From an uncultured cyanobacterium (GTDB lineage: Bacteria > Cyanobacteriota > Cyanobacteriia > Cyanobacteriales > CAWCAG01), in assembly GCA_963803805.1 (NCBI GenBank), contig CAWDOD010000002.1, positions 384,001-448,000 of the forward strand: DNA of 64,000 nucleotides. Direction: 5' to 3'. The notes beneath the pieces were generated by a model. The model searched no databases. It was not told the origin of the DNA and saw only the letters and a program-made list of their open reading frames with translations. Below, piece after piece: positions 1 to 10,646 of the stretch. The position numbers and the translations under genes are program-made. How positions within the stretch are numbered: position 1 is the first letter of the stretch; each line of letters begins with the position of its first letter.

Positions 1-2
1 AT

Positions 3-1307
3 AGTGATGATGATGGTATTTTTCAAGTTGAGATTCAAGAAACTTCTGTAGCCCAAAGGGAAATTCCTGTGACAGAAATTTCCGTTACAGGCAACCAACA
101 CTTTGATGAAGCAAGTATTCGTACTGCTTTGCCAGAATTACAAGGGGATAGGGTTGTTGATTTTGATACCCTAGCCCAACAACTTTTCCTCGCCAATGAT
201 AACCCTTCACGGCAGCTAACCTTAAATATCTTCCCTGCTGAATCAAAGCAGCAAGCAGCTAAGGTAGAAATTCAGGTGGTAGATCGCAATCCTCAGTATT
301 GGCAAGTCTCTTTAGATAATACCGGAACAGAAGCAACAGGTAAGACACGCCTCAGTTTAGTGAGCCAAAATCACAACTTATTTAACCGAGGCCATCTTGC
401 TGCTTTAAGTTTGACCCTATCTCCAGAAAAGATTGAACAAGTTACTCAAATAGGCTTGTTTTACCAAGCACCTATTCCCACTTGGGGAGATACCATTAGT
501 TTCACAGCTAGCTACTCTGATGTAGATAGTGGCAGAATTGCTAATCTTTTTGATGTTTCTGGACAAGGTTTTGCCACAGGAATCAACTGGCTTCATAATC
601 TCCATCGTACTAGCCAAGAACGCCATAGCTTAGAAATTGGTTTAAATTATCGCTTTTTTGACAATGATATCAATTTTATCGGTGCTAACTTAGGGGTTGA
701 TGTGGCTGCTTTTCCCGCTAAGCTTGGTTACAAATACAGCTTTCAGGGTAACAAAGATAATTTAAAGTTGGGAGTTAGTTATTTGCGTAACATTCCTGGG
801 GTATTCGACTTAAACAACGACTCAACCTATAACCTCAGTCGAGTAGGTGCAGATGCTAACTGGGATATTTGGTTAGTTCAGGGTGTTTATCAATATAACT
901 GGGATAGTGGTTGGGGGCTAAAGCTAGAAGGAGAAGCTCAATATGCAGGGGAACCTTTAATTTCAGGAGAACAGTTAGGATTCGGTGGCAGGTACTCTAT
1001 TCGTGGTTTGCAGGAGCGGGAAGTAACGGGAGATAATGGTTTACGAGGTACGGTAGAACTTTATAGCCCTAACATCTGGAAGACTCATCGTTTTTTGGTT
1101 TTTAGTGATTTTGGGGCATATAGTCGGGAAAATTCTCAACCAGGTGAAGTTAAAGGAGATACTATTTGGACAACAGGATTGGGCTGGCGTTGGCGTTATC
1201 AGAATCGCTTCTTTAGTGCATTGGATCTCGGTTATGTCTTAAATGGTAGCTCCTTGAGCCAAGTGGGAGGAGTCAGAGTTCATTTTCTCCTCCATTATTC
1301 TTTTTAG
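3..1307 (+). CDS. ShlB/FhaC/HecB (TpsB, Omp85-superfamily) two-partner secretion outer-membrane transporter, 5' end outside the window
   Basis: Frame is open from base 3 into the GTG at 69. POTRA-like segment, 'SLDNTGTEATG' motif, loop-6 'GGRYSIRG' (VRGY-like) motif, C-terminal aromatic 'HYSF'. Confidence 0.85.
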   Translation, partial: SDDDGIFQVEIQETSVAQREIPVTEISVTGNQHFDEASIRTALPELQGDRVVDFDTLAQQLFLANDNPSRQLTLNIFPAESKQQAAKVEIQVVDRNPQYWQVSLDNTGTEATGKTRLSLVSQNHNLFNRGHLAALSLTLSPEKIEQVTQIGLFYQAPIPTWGDTISFTASYSDVDSGRIANLFDVSGQGFATGINWLHNLHRTSQERHSLEIGLNYRFFDNDINFIGANLGVDVAAFPAKLGYKYSFQGNKDNLKLGVSYLRNIPGVFDLNNDSTYNLSRVGADANWDIWLVQGVYQYNWDSGWGLKLEGEAQYAGEPLISGEQLGFGGRYSIRGLQEREVTGDNGLRGTVELYSPNIWKTHRFLVFSDFGAYSRENSQPGEVKGDTIWTTGLGWRWRYQNRFFSALDLGYVLNGSSLSQVGGVRVHFLLHYSF

Positions 1308-1320
1308 TAAATTACACAAA

Positions 1321-1365
1321 ATTCCCGGCTTTACCTCAACTAAAGTCTTAGGAAAGAGCCGGGAA
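1321..1365. terminator. Hairpin between convergent tpsB and ftsH3, probable bidirectional terminator
   Basis: Inverted repeat ATTCCCGGCT...AGCCGGGAAT in the short convergent intergenic gap. Confidence 0.55.
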
Positions 1366-1392
1366 TATAACAAAAAATATGCTATCAGAAAT

Positions 1393-3237
1393 TTAAGCGA
1401 TCGCCGCCATTTTTACTTCATTATTGGCTAACAATTCTTGCAGTTCTTCTGCATCAACAGTTTCCTTTTCAATCAGCATTTCTGCTAACCGATCTAGGAC
1501 ATGACGGTTACTGACTAAGACATCTTTGCAACGATCATAAGCTTGCTCTACCAAACTACGAACTTCATCATCAATAGTTGCTGCTGTTTCATCAGAAAAG
1601 TCCCGATCTGAGGCAATATCACGACCCATAAAGACGTTTCCTTGCTGGCGACCTAAAGCCACTGGCCCTAAGCGATCGCTCATACCATAACGGGTAATCA
1701 TTTGTCTTGCCACCTTAGCTACCTGTTGAAGGTCATTAGAAGCACCAGTAGTTACTTCTTCTTCACCAAAGATGATTTCTTCAGCGATACGACCACCTAA
1801 AGCAACAGACATTTGATTTTGCAAATAGGAACGGGAATATAAACCGGAGTCCATACGTTCCTCGCTTGGGGTGAACCAAGTTAACCCCCCAGCACGACCA
1901 CGGGGAATAATACTGATTTTCTGTACAGGGTCGTAGTCTGGCATCAAAGCACCCACTAAGGCATGACCAGCTTCATGATAAGCAACCAAAGCTTTGCGCT
2001 TCTCGCTCATAACCCGATCTTTCTTCTCAGGACCAGCTAATACCCGGTCGATGGCATCATTCACCTCATCCATGGAGATTTCTGTTAAGTTGCGACGGGC
2101 AGCTAGAATTGCTGCTTCATTGAGGAGATTGGAAAGGTCAGCCCCTGTGAATCCAGGGGTACGGCGAGCAATTTTATCTAAATCTACATCCTTAGCTAAG
2201 GTTTTGCCCCTAGCATGAACTTGAAGAATTTCTCTTCTACCAGCATAATCAGGACGGTCTACAACTACCTGGCGGTCAAAGCGTCCAGGACGGAGTAAAG
2301 CTGAATCGAGAACATCAGGACGGTTGGTTGCGGCAATAATAATGATGCCAGTATTACCTTCAAAACCATCCATTTCTGTGAGGAGTTGGTTTAAGGTTTG
2401 TTCCCTCTCATCATTACCACCCCCTAAACCAGCACCCCTTTGACGACCTACAGCATCAATTTCATCAATGAAGACGATACAAGGGGCATTAGTTTTGGCT
2501 TGCTCAAAAAGGTCACGGACGCGGGAAGCACCCACACCGACAAACATTTCCACAAACTCAGAACCAGAGATAGAAAAGAAGGGAACCCCTGCTTCTCCAG
2601 CTACAGCACGGGCGAGTAGGGTTTTACCAGTTCCTGGAGGACCTACTAAAAGAACACCTTTAGGAATTTTTGCACCAATAGCGGTAAAGCGGTCAGCATT
2701 TTTAAGGAAGTCAACTACTTCATTTAATTCTAATTTTGCCTGCTCAATCCCAGCTACATCACCAAAAGTAACTTGGGTTTGGGGTTCCATTTGCACCCTG
2801 GCTTTAGATTTACCGAAGTTCATGGCTTGGGAACCAGGACCGCTTTGGGCGCGACGGAGGAGAAAAAATAGTCCGACGAATAATAAAACTGGGAAGAAGA
2901 GGCTACTTAAAGCTCTAAACCAGAAACTATCATCACTAGGGGGGCGTACAGCAATTTCTACATTATTTTCTCTGAGAGTATCAATAAGCTGAGGATCATT
3001 AATTAAATTAACCTCGTACTGCTTACCAGTGGAATCTGTAGCCCAAGCTTTACTTCGATCTGAACTAAGTTTGACGTTTTCTACGCTTCCACTTCTAACT
3101 CCGGAGATCAGCTCGTCATAACGCCAAGTTTCTTGAGCTTCTGGTTGTCGTTCTAAAAGCGCTGTTCCCAAGGCGATAACTACTATTGCTAGTAGTGCAT
3201 ATAGCCCTGCGTTACGCCACTTCTTATTTTTGTTCAC
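1393..3237 (-). CDS. ftsH3: ATP-dependent zinc metalloprotease FtsH, cyanobacterial FtsH3 type
   Basis: Walker A GPPGTGKT, Walker [17 protein letters not shown] zinc motif; N-terminus [12 protein letters not shown] is characteristic of cyanobacterial FtsH3. Confidence 0.95.
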   Translation of the reverse strand: MNKNKKWRNAGLYALLAIVVIALGTALLERQPEAQETWRYDELISGVRSGSVENVKLSSDRSKAWATDSTGKQYEVNLINDPQLIDTLRENNVEIAVRPPSDDSFWFRALSSLFFPVLLFVGLFFLLRRAQSGPGSQAMNFGKSKARVQMEPQTQVTFGDVAGIEQAKLELNEVVDFLKNADRFTAIGAKIPKGVLLVGPPGTGKTLLARAVAGEAGVPFFSISGSEFVEMFVGVGASRVRDLFEQAKTNAPCIVFIDEIDAVGRQRGAGLGGGNDEREQTLNQLLTEMDGFEGNTGIIIIAATNRPDVLDSALLRPGRFDRQVVVDRPDYAGRREILQVHARGKTLAKDVDLDKIARRTPGFTGADLSNLLNEAAILAARRNLTEISMDEVNDAIDRVLAGPEKKDRVMSEKRKALVAYHEAGHALVGALMPDYDPVQKISIIPRGRAGGLTWFTPSEERMDSGLYSRSYLQNQMSVALGGRIAEEIIFGEEEVTTGASNDLQQVAKVARQMITRYGMSDRLGPVALGRQQGNVFMGRDIASDRDFSDETAATIDDEVRSLVEQAYDRCKDVLVSNRHVLDRLAEMLIEKETVDAEELQELLANNEVKMAAIA

Positions 3238-3511
3238 GCTTGTAAACTCCTTCTATCAGGTTGAGGATGGGGAAAGATTATTTCTATATGTTCTTAAACC
3301 TGGATGTTTGTTCCAAGTCGAATAGAAAGGTAGGCAAAACAATTATTTTGATTCTAACTAACTTCTTATTAACTTATGTTAACGTCTCTCAGGATTTATT
3401 TACAAGGTGAAAGGGAATAGCCTCAATTCCAAAGTCAAAAGATTTAGTATTCCTAATCCCAGGGCAAAAAAAGGTAAAATTAGCAAGCAACTTCCTTAAT
3501 TTCCTCACCCC

Positions 3512-5203
3512 ATGAAGCTTCGCTCTTTTTTCATTACTTTGGCAGTAGTATCGTTAATTTTACTTTCTTTAGGAGGGAGTAGCTTTTACTGGCTGTTAGC
3601 CCAAAGTCCCTTATCTTTATTACAAGGAGGAGTAAGAAGCGAACCAACTGCGGCAATTTTCCTACCTAAGCAAACGGCGGTGATGGTATCGTTGCTGGTG
3701 AATCCTGACCGTTTAGAGAGTTTTCGTCAATTGGTAGCTGCCCCTGATGAGCGGCGAAGGGCCCACCAGGAATTTAATCAACTCAAAAATAGTTTGTTAG
3801 CTAACACAGGGCTTAATTATCAAACTGATGTGCGACCTTGGTTGGGAGATGAAGTAACTTTAGCTGTCACTTCTTTGGATTTTGACCGTAACACTGAAAA
3901 TGGTACAAAGCCAGGATATTTGTTAGCTGTGACAACGAAAGATAAACAGCGTGCGGCGGATTTCCTTCAGTTGTATTTTGCTAAGGCAACCACTGAAGGA
4001 ACAACGGATTTAGTGTTTGAGCAGTATAAAGGGGTTGGGCTTATTTACCAAACCCCTTTAGAAGCCTGTGTTGGGGAAGGATGTCCTAGAACTATAGCTA
4101 GTGCAGTGGTAGGAGATTTCGTGATTTTTGCTAATGCTCCTAAAGTTCTGCGAGATGCTATTAATAATGTTCAGGCAACGGACTTGAATTTACAAAATTC
4201 TCGACCTTACCAACAAGCGTTGCAAACTATTGAAGAAAAGAGGATTGGAGTTGTTTTTGCTGATCTGCCTAAACTTTCTTCTTGGTTAGCTACTCAACCT
4301 GCCCTAGATACTGATGAAGTTAAGCAACGTTTAGCGGTGGCTTTGGCCTTAAATCGCCAAGGGTTGGTAGCAGAAACAGCTTTAATTGGTGCTAAGGATG
4401 TAGATGCTCAAGGAGCAGTTTTATCTGGGCCAGTAGAAGCTCTTGAGTATATTCCTGGTTCATCGGTTTTAACCTTAGCTGGAGAGGATTTAAACCAACT
4501 CTGGGAGGATATTTCGGGAGGGTTAGAGACTGATAACCCAGCAGTAGCAGGATTGTTAGAAAGAGCCGTTGCTAGTCTCCAAGGAAATTGGGGACTAAAT
4601 CTACCCGAAGATATTTTTAGTTGGGTAAAAGGAGAATATGCCTTAGCTTTGATGCCCCAAAACCAATCAGGGAAGCAAGATTGGGTCTTTGTTGCCGAAA
4701 AAACTCCTGAGTCGGAAGTTAAGATCGCTAATTTAGATAGTATTGCTAAAGACCAAGGTTTGAGCGTGGGTAAACTCCCCTTCGGTAAGCAGGATATAAC
4801 AGCTTGGACAAAGCTAGTTACAGCATCAGAGCAGAAAAAGAAAACATCTTTACGTCTAGAAGCTGAAGTAGGGGGAGTTCGCGTTAGTACAGAGAAATAC
4901 GATATATTTGCTACTTCCCTCGATAGTTTATCTTCTGCTTTAGCTGGGAAAGAAAGTTCTATAATTAATAGCGAAAAATTTGCCCAAGGAATCGCTAATT
5001 TACCTCAACAAAATAACGGCTATCTTTATATTGATTGGCGAGAAAGTGAGCCAGCTTTTGCCAAAAATATACCAGCATTCCGAATTGTTGAATTAGCAGG
5101 TCGCCCTTTATTTGAAAACCTGCGATCACTAACTTTAAGTAGTAGTGGCAGCGAAAATGGAGTTAGCAGAGCCACAGCTTTTTTTAAGCTCAATGATCAA
5201 TGA
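3512..5203 (+). CDS. DUF3352-family membrane-anchored cyanobacterial protein
   Basis: N-terminal TM/signal, 'YQTDVRPWLGDEVTLAV' and 'DIFSWVKGEYALAL' internal repeats. Confidence 0.7.
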   Translation: MKLRSFFITLAVVSLILLSLGGSSFYWLLAQSPLSLLQGGVRSEPTAAIFLPKQTAVMVSLLVNPDRLESFRQLVAAPDERRRAHQEFNQLKNSLLANTGLNYQTDVRPWLGDEVTLAVTSLDFDRNTENGTKPGYLLAVTTKDKQRAADFLQLYFAKATTEGTTDLVFEQYKGVGLIYQTPLEACVGEGCPRTIASAVVGDFVIFANAPKVLRDAINNVQATDLNLQNSRPYQQALQTIEEKRIGVVFADLPKLSSWLATQPALDTDEVKQRLAVALALNRQGLVAETALIGAKDVDAQGAVLSGPVEALEYIPGSSVLTLAGEDLNQLWEDISGGLETDNPAVAGLLERAVASLQGNWGLNLPEDIFSWVKGEYALALMPQNQSGKQDWVFVAEKTPESEVKIANLDSIAKDQGLSVGKLPFGKQDITAWTKLVTASEQKKKTSLRLEAEVGGVRVSTEKYDIFATSLDSLSSALAGKESSIINSEKFAQGIANLPQQNNGYLYIDWRESEPAFAKNIPAFRIVELAGRPLFENLRSLTLSSSGSENGVSRATAFFKLNDQ

Positions 5204-5306
5204 TGTCTACGTCCAGGGCAAGCCCTATGGTGTTCTTCTTGAGTTTCTCAAGCTTTGTTTTGTCAGAATCTACTGCTTCGGATAAACCTGCCTAATGATA
5301 TCTGGT

Positions 5307-6167
5307 TTAATTGTTTTGATAATTGATAACTGATTCCCGCATTACATCTACTGGTACTGGTTGTTGTAACCAGATTTCTAAGGCGGCTGCGCCTTGTTGA
5401 ATTAGCATCTCTAAACCACTAATGGCAATGCCTCCTTGCTTTTTGCTCTGTTGGAGAAATTTAGTGGGATTGGGAGTGTATATCAAGTCGTAGGCGATCG
5501 CTTGGGGAGATAATTTTGCCATTAATTCCGCTTCTACAGGAGAATGATCAATCTGGGGATACATTCCTACAGGAGTAGTATTAATTAATAGTTGAGTTTG
5601 AGATATCAATTCTGGTAATTCTGACCAAATATGGATGTTTACCAAGCCCTTTAAAGGAGTATTTTGCCAGCTTTGTTGAAATTGTTTTAATTTATCTTGA
5701 TTACGTCCCAATACAGCAATTTTCGGGCAGCCTAGTTGCCAACAACCTACCACTACAGCCCTAGCTGCCCCGCCATTCCCTAAAATAATCGGTGTGATTT
5801 GACTCCAATCTTTTTGTAAATTCTGCAAGGGTGCAATAAAGCCTTTGACATCAGTGTTTGTGCCACTCCAGCCCCCCTGATTACGCCAAACCGTATTTAC
5901 GGCCCCAATCATTTTTGCTTCCGGAGCAATTTGATTTAGTAGGGGTAAGATGGCTTGTTTGTGGGGAATAGTAATATTAAAACCCACTAAACCGATGGCT
6001 TCAAAACCAGCGATCACTTTCCCTAAATCCTTTTGTTTTACTGGTATTGGTAAGTAAACATAATCTACGCCCAATTCGGCGATCGCAGCGTTGTGCATAA
6101 CAGGGGACAAAGAATGTTCCACAGGTTGTCCAATCACACCAAGGAGTTTAGTTTTACCATTGATCAT
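5307..6167 (-). CDS. aroE: Shikimate dehydrogenase
   Basis: HSLSPVMHN, GFNITIPHK, GAVNT, NTD, LGNGGAARA, INTTPVGM, DLIY. Confidence 0.95.
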   Translation of the reverse strand: MINGKTKLLGVIGQPVEHSLSPVMHNAAIAELGVDYVYLPIPVKQKDLGKVIAGFEAIGLVGFNITIPHKQAILPLLNQIAPEAKMIGAVNTVWRNQGGWSGTNTDVKGFIAPLQNLQKDWSQITPIILGNGGAARAVVVGCWQLGCPKIAVLGRNQDKLKQFQQSWQNTPLKGLVNIHIWSELPELISQTQLLINTTPVGMYPQIDHSPVEAELMAKLSPQAIAYDLIYTPNPTKFLQQSKKQGGIAISGLEMLIQQGAAALEIWLQQPVPVDVMRESVINYQNN

Positions 6168-6233
6168 ATGTCTGTTGTCTGTTGCTTGCCTTCACTTTCG
6201 GAGGGTTTTAATTGTCACTTCTTGAGGTAATTT

Positions 6234-6731
6234 TTATTCGACTTCATCAGACTCTATATCTTCATCAAGATCCACATAGTCTTCTTCCTCAAAGCATGAC
6301 TCTTTAGCTTCGCTTTTTACGACTACAGGGAAAGTTGTTTCTTCCTCTTGTGCTACCGTTACTTCTGCTTGTTCTACTTCCTCTACTTCCTCTACATCTA
6401 ACTCAGCTTGTCTTTCTGCAGCTAATTCTAACTGTGCCTCCCTTTCTTCCTCTTCTTCCCAAGGAGAGTCGTAGCGATTCCAGGGGAGAATTGGTTTGTT
6501 AGGTAACTTGCCAGTCAAAACTGTAATATTATCCGGATCAGGCTCTGGTAGTTGGATACCATCTTGTAGGGTTTGTGCTGGCAATTCTTCTTCTACTTCA
6601 CTCGCTGGTGTTTTTTCCGGAGTGAGAAGATCCTCTTCTAAAGGAGTTTGAGTTTGCTTTTCCGACTCCTCTTGTAAGTCAGAGAATGAATTGCTCATTG
6701 ATTCAGTTTTGTTGGCTAATTTAGTACTCAT
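6234..6731 (-). CDS. Highly acidic, probably disordered hypothetical protein
   Basis: 165-aa Glu/Asp-rich ORF with a short 'PILPWNRYDSPW' island, co-oriented with neighbours. Confidence 0.6.
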   Translation of the reverse strand: MSTKLANKTESMSNSFSDLQEESEKQTQTPLEEDLLTPEKTPASEVEEELPAQTLQDGIQLPEPDPDNITVLTGKLPNKPILPWNRYDSPWEEEEEREAQLELAAERQAELDVEEVEEVEQAEVTVAQEEETTFPVVVKSEAKESCFEEEDYVDLDEDIESDEVE

Positions 6732-6921
6732 GAGTGTTTGCGTCTAAGTACTCTTCTACTTCTAGAGGTTTTATTTCCCACTACAAGAGACAAGTTGAGT
6801 AAAGTCGCTCCTCCTAGCTAAATTGACGAGTCTTTGTACTTTATACCATTTTGCAAAAATTAAGAGAAGAGATACTTCTGTTCAAAAAATGACGTTATTT
6901 CTCTTAAAATTCTACCCTTTC

Positions 6922-7581
6922 TCATTTTAAAAGAAGAATCTCCGGCAGAAAATTGGCGGCAACGATATGCACCATAATCACAAAAGCAACAACCCAAGTA
7001 ACATAGGCAGAATAGGTTAGAGATTGAGAAACATCATCTAAGCGTTGCTTATTAGCATTATAAGCTTGGACTTGATTAACCATCATTTTTAACTGATATT
7101 CTTCTGGTGTCAAAGGGAGGTAGCGTTCTAAGAATTTTTGATCTCCTAAGTTAGGGCTAATTGCTACTTGCCGAGGCAGAAAAGCATTGAGTAGTAAAGT
7201 GATATTAACGAAAAAGCCTACTACTTCTGCGATACTGAAGATGCTAGGAATGAGCAAAAGGCGTGAAAGATTGAGGGCAGTCAATAAAGCCCCGTTGATT
7301 ACAAAGAGAATATTAAGTTTGGTTGTTAAGTTCTGTACCTGCTGTCTTTGTTGTTCAACTACAGAACGAACATCCTTTGCGGCTAATTCAATGGTGGCAT
7401 AGTTAGGGCGTTTAGGTTTAGGTTTGGTTGGTTTAGGAGGTTTTTCTTCTTTAGCTCTAATTTTATTTTTTTCTTGGGGTTGAACAATTTTTTCCGATAG
7501 AGTAGCTTCCTTAACTTCAGTTTTCACCGAGGAATCACTTACAACCCCGGAGAGAGCTTTTTCTTCAGTGATCGCAGTCAT
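6922..7581 (-). CDS. Hypothetical integral membrane protein (about 3 TM)
   Basis: AGGAGG-like SD upstream; charged N-tail, then three hydrophobic segments. Confidence 0.7.
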   Translation of the reverse strand: MTAITEEKALSGVVSDSSVKTEVKEATLSEKIVQPQEKNKIRAKEEKPPKPTKPKPKRPNYATIELAAKDVRSVVEQQRQQVQNLTTKLNILFVINGALLTALNLSRLLLIPSIFSIAEVVGFFVNITLLLNAFLPRQVAISPNLGDQKFLERYLPLTPEEYQLKMMVNQVQAYNANKQRLDDVSQSLTYSAYVTWVVAFVIMVHIVAANFLPEILLLK

Positions 7582-7757
7582 AATTATTACTATAGGAGGA
7601 GCGTTTAGATTAAATAAGTAAGAGAATTTCTAAGTTGTGAAAATAAAATCAACTTAATCTTGAGCCTTATATCTCTAAGTATGGCAAAGCTTTTCTCTAC
7701 TTTAACGACTTTATTAATTAGTTAGAAAAGAATAGTCATTTGTTATACAAATTAAGA

Positions 7758-8837
7758 TTATTGAAGTAGCTGTTCCACTACCGCCTTAGCGATAGTTTCT
7801 GTACCATTTTTCGGTAAAAACACCTCTTTTTGAGGAGAATTTAATGATTGCTTGATAAAATTCCAATCCCCTTGGAAAAATTTTTCTGGAGAGATAATTT
7901 GATGATAAGAGTAATTTTTTAACCCTTCTAGCAATAAAGCTGCTTCAGCGAAGCCCTCCCTAGTCAAAGAAATGACAGGAACATCCAAACGCATTGCTTC
8001 TGCGAAAGTACTATAACCGGGTTTAGAAATAACTTTGCCACAAAGAGGCATAAAGTCCACCGGCCGGTACTGATTATCTTTGATGATAACTAAGTTATTT
8101 AAGTTTGGGGCTTGGCGATCAAAAGTGATAAATTGCCATTCCGGGAAATGTTCTAGATTCCCATAAGGAATTGCTTCTAATCCCAAACCACCAAAGGTAA
8201 GTAAGATGGTGCGATCGCGGGGGGATTTTAAAGCAAATTCTGCTTGTAAATCTGCCTCACTATAACGCGGTGTCCCCCCAGTTAAACCAGTTTCCGTTAC
8301 TTGGTTAAAAGCTAACATCGGTTCGGCTAAAGGTAAACGAAACAGCCGATCACACTGCCCGTAACATTCTCCAATCCAATCAGCGAGGGGAAAAAACTCT
8401 TCTCCCCAATCTCGATAAATAAAATCCCAACCAAAGTTACCCATCATCCAACACGGAATCCCGGCTGCTTTAGCGATAGGTGCAGCTAAAGGAGGTATGT
8501 CTGCTAAAACCAAACCCACCCGATTAGTACGAATAAAATCAACTTCCCCAGCAATAATCGAGTTTTCCTTAGCCTTGATTTCCGCCATTTTAGCTAAGGT
8601 AGCCCCTTTATCCATCTTCAAGCTATCAGCTTGAATTACCCCCACGTCAAAACCACGGGGACGATAAATAAAATCCCCATTAATATAGGATTCCAGCAAC
8701 CAACGAGGTGCAGAGGTAACAAGAATTAAAAGCACATCAGGACAAAGCTGTTTAACCATCGCTGCTACAGAAGATGCACGCACAGCATGACCAAAGCCGT
8801 GGCCAGTGATAGCGATGTATAGTATGGGGGGAGACAT
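7758..8837 (-). CDS. GT-B fold glycosyltransferase (MurG/arabinokinase N-terminal-like)
   Basis: 'TGHGFGHAVR', 'LLTFGGLG', 'ISKPGYSTFAEA'. Confidence 0.8.
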   Translation of the reverse strand: MSPPILYIAITGHGFGHAVRASSVAAMVKQLCPDVLLILVTSAPRWLLESYINGDFIYRPRGFDVGVIQADSLKMDKGATLAKMAEIKAKENSIIAGEVDFIRTNRVGLVLADIPPLAAPIAKAAGIPCWMMGNFGWDFIYRDWGEEFFPLADWIGECYGQCDRLFRLPLAEPMLAFNQVTETGLTGGTPRYSEADLQAEFALKSPRDRTILLTFGGLGLEAIPYGNLEHFPEWQFITFDRQAPNLNNLVIIKDNQYRPVDFMPLCGKVISKPGYSTFAEAMRLDVPVISLTREGFAEAALLLEGLKNYSYHQIISPEKFFQGDWNFIKQSLNSPQKEVFLPKNGTETIAKAVVEQLLQ

Positions 8838-8886
8838 TTTTTTTGCTAATTGCTAGTTGTTCATTGCTAGTCGTCAAGAAGATAGC

Positions 8887-10056
8887 TTATTTAACAAGTG
8901 ATCCCGTGAATTTTTCTAACCTTTCTAAACCTTTTTCTAGGGATGTCATGTCGGTGGCATAGGAAAGGCGAATACAATTATCCGCGCCGAAAGCGATGCC
9001 AGGAATGGCTGCAACTTGATGTTCGTCTAACAAATTCTGACAAAATTCTAAAGAAGGTGTGGCAAACTTAGTAATATCAACAAAAACATAAAATGCTCCT
9101 TGGGGTTTAGGGCAACTTAAACCGGGAATAGCTTCGATACGTTGTAAAATAAATTCCCTACGTTTAGCAAAGGCTTTAACCATTTCCTTAACACAGTCTT
9201 GGGAACTTTCTAAAGCCGTAATGCCGCCATATTGAGCAAAGGTGCAAACGTTAGAGGTACTATGACCTTGGATTTTTGTCAAGGCTTGGATTATTTCCAC
9301 TGGTGCAGCTAAATAGCCTAATCGCCAGCCAGTCATAGAAAAGCTTTTAGCAAAACCCCCACTAACGGCTGAATGCTGCCAAGCTTGTTTACTTACGGCG
9401 GCAATGCTTAAATGTTCTGCCCCATCATAGAGAATTTTTTCATAGATTTCATCGGATACTACAAACAGATCATGTTCAATGACAACCTCAGCTAAAGCAC
9501 GAATTTCTGCGGGGCTATAAACCATGCCTGTGGGGTTAGCTGGGGAGTTGAGGATAAAAAGCTTAGTTTTAGGGGTGATGGCAGCTTTGAGTTGTTCTGG
9601 GGTGATTTTATAACCAGATTCTACTTCTGTTGGCACAATTACTGGTTTTCCCCCAGCTAAGTGAACCATATCCGGATAACTTACCCAATAAGGGGCAGGG
9701 ATAATCACCTCATCTCCAGCCCCAATCATCGCCATAACTAGGTTATAAAGAGACTGTTTACCACCATTGGTGACAATTATATTTTCAGCTTGATAATCAA
9801 GATTATTTTCTGCCCTTAACTTTTTGGCGATCGCTTCTCTAAATTTCGGTTCTCCTGCCGCAGGGCCATATCTGGTTTTCCCTTCATCCAAGGCTTTTTG
9901 GGCTGCTTCTTTAATATGATTTGGGGTGGGGAAATCTGGTTCCCCCGCACTAAAACTAACGACATCAATACCCTCTGCTTTCATAGCTTTAGCTTTAGCC
10001 GCGATCGCTATAGTTAATGAAGGCGTAACCTGGTCTAAACGTTTAGCTAATTCCAT
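8887..10056 (-). CDS. aspC: Class I PLP-dependent (aspartate) aminotransferase
   Basis: [22 protein letters not shown]-lysine region '[13 protein letters not shown]'. Confidence 0.9.
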   Translation of the reverse strand: MELAKRLDQVTPSLTIAIAAKAKAMKAEGIDVVSFSAGEPDFPTPNHIKEAAQKALDEGKTRYGPAAGEPKFREAIAKKLRAENNLDYQAENIIVTNGGKQSLYNLVMAMIGAGDEVIIPAPYWVSYPDMVHLAGGKPVIVPTEVESGYKITPEQLKAAITPKTKLFILNSPANPTGMVYSPAEIRALAEVVIEHDLFVVSDEIYEKILYDGAEHLSIAAVSKQAWQHSAVSGGFAKSFSMTGWRLGYLAAPVEIIQALTKIQGHSTSNVCTFAQYGGITALESSQDCVKEMVKAFAKRREFILQRIEAIPGLSCPKPQGAFYVFVDITKFATPSLEFCQNLLDEHQVAAIPGIAFGADNCIRLSYATDMTSLEKGLERLEKFTGSLVK

Positions 10057-10182
10057 TTATTATTGATCATTAAACATTTATCATTAAACATTTATAACTG
10101 TTTTTGTCATTCATTGCTGTAGGGCTTTTGATAAAAAAGTAACTAAATTAGATTATAAAAATAAGTTTGGTAGAACCTAAAA

Positions 10183-10569
10183 ATGCTTCTCAATCGCTTG
10201 CGTTTGTGGACTGTAAAAGAATATTATCAGATGGTTGAAACGGGCTTACTACAGCCTGAAGAGCAGGTAGAATTGCTCGAAGGGCAAATTATTACTATGA
10301 CTCCCCAAGGCCCTTTTCACGCCGCGACTACCGACTATACAACAGAATATCTGCGCCACGCCTTGGCTGGTAAAGCCTTACTCCGCTCAGAAAAACCGAT
10401 TATTCTCAACCAATACTCTGAACCAGAACCAGATATTGCCGTCGTCCATCTCCATCCTTACCGATATGCAGATCATCATCCTCAAGTATCTGAGGTTTAT
10501 TGGCTAGTCGAGGTAGCAGACACAACCTTAGAATACGATTGTAATACCAAAGCCAAAAATTCTGCATAA
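10183..10569 (+). pseudogene. Uma2-family (DUF820) putative endonuclease, C-terminally truncated
   Basis: 'WTVKEYYQM...VELLEGQI...EPEPDIAV...LVEVADTTLEYD..K'; stops at 128 aa before the usual 'YA.AGI.EYW' segment. Confidence 0.7.
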
Positions 10570-10646
10570 CCTCTATTCAAGAAAAACCAATGTTCCTTAA
10601 TAACTTACTATTCCCCAACTAGCCATTAGCAACTAGCAACTAGCAA

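Noticed and set aside
1994-2992. Plus-strand ORFs inside ftsH3, and similar antisense ORFs in ureC, the kinases, chlM, chrA, cas genes and the last gene
   Set aside because: Shadow frames opposite well-supported genes, with no motifs of their own.
10067-10094. 14-bp tandem duplication TCATTAAACATTTA upstream of aspC
   Set aside because: AT-rich and of the heptamer-repeat kind seen throughout the window; no evidence of function.
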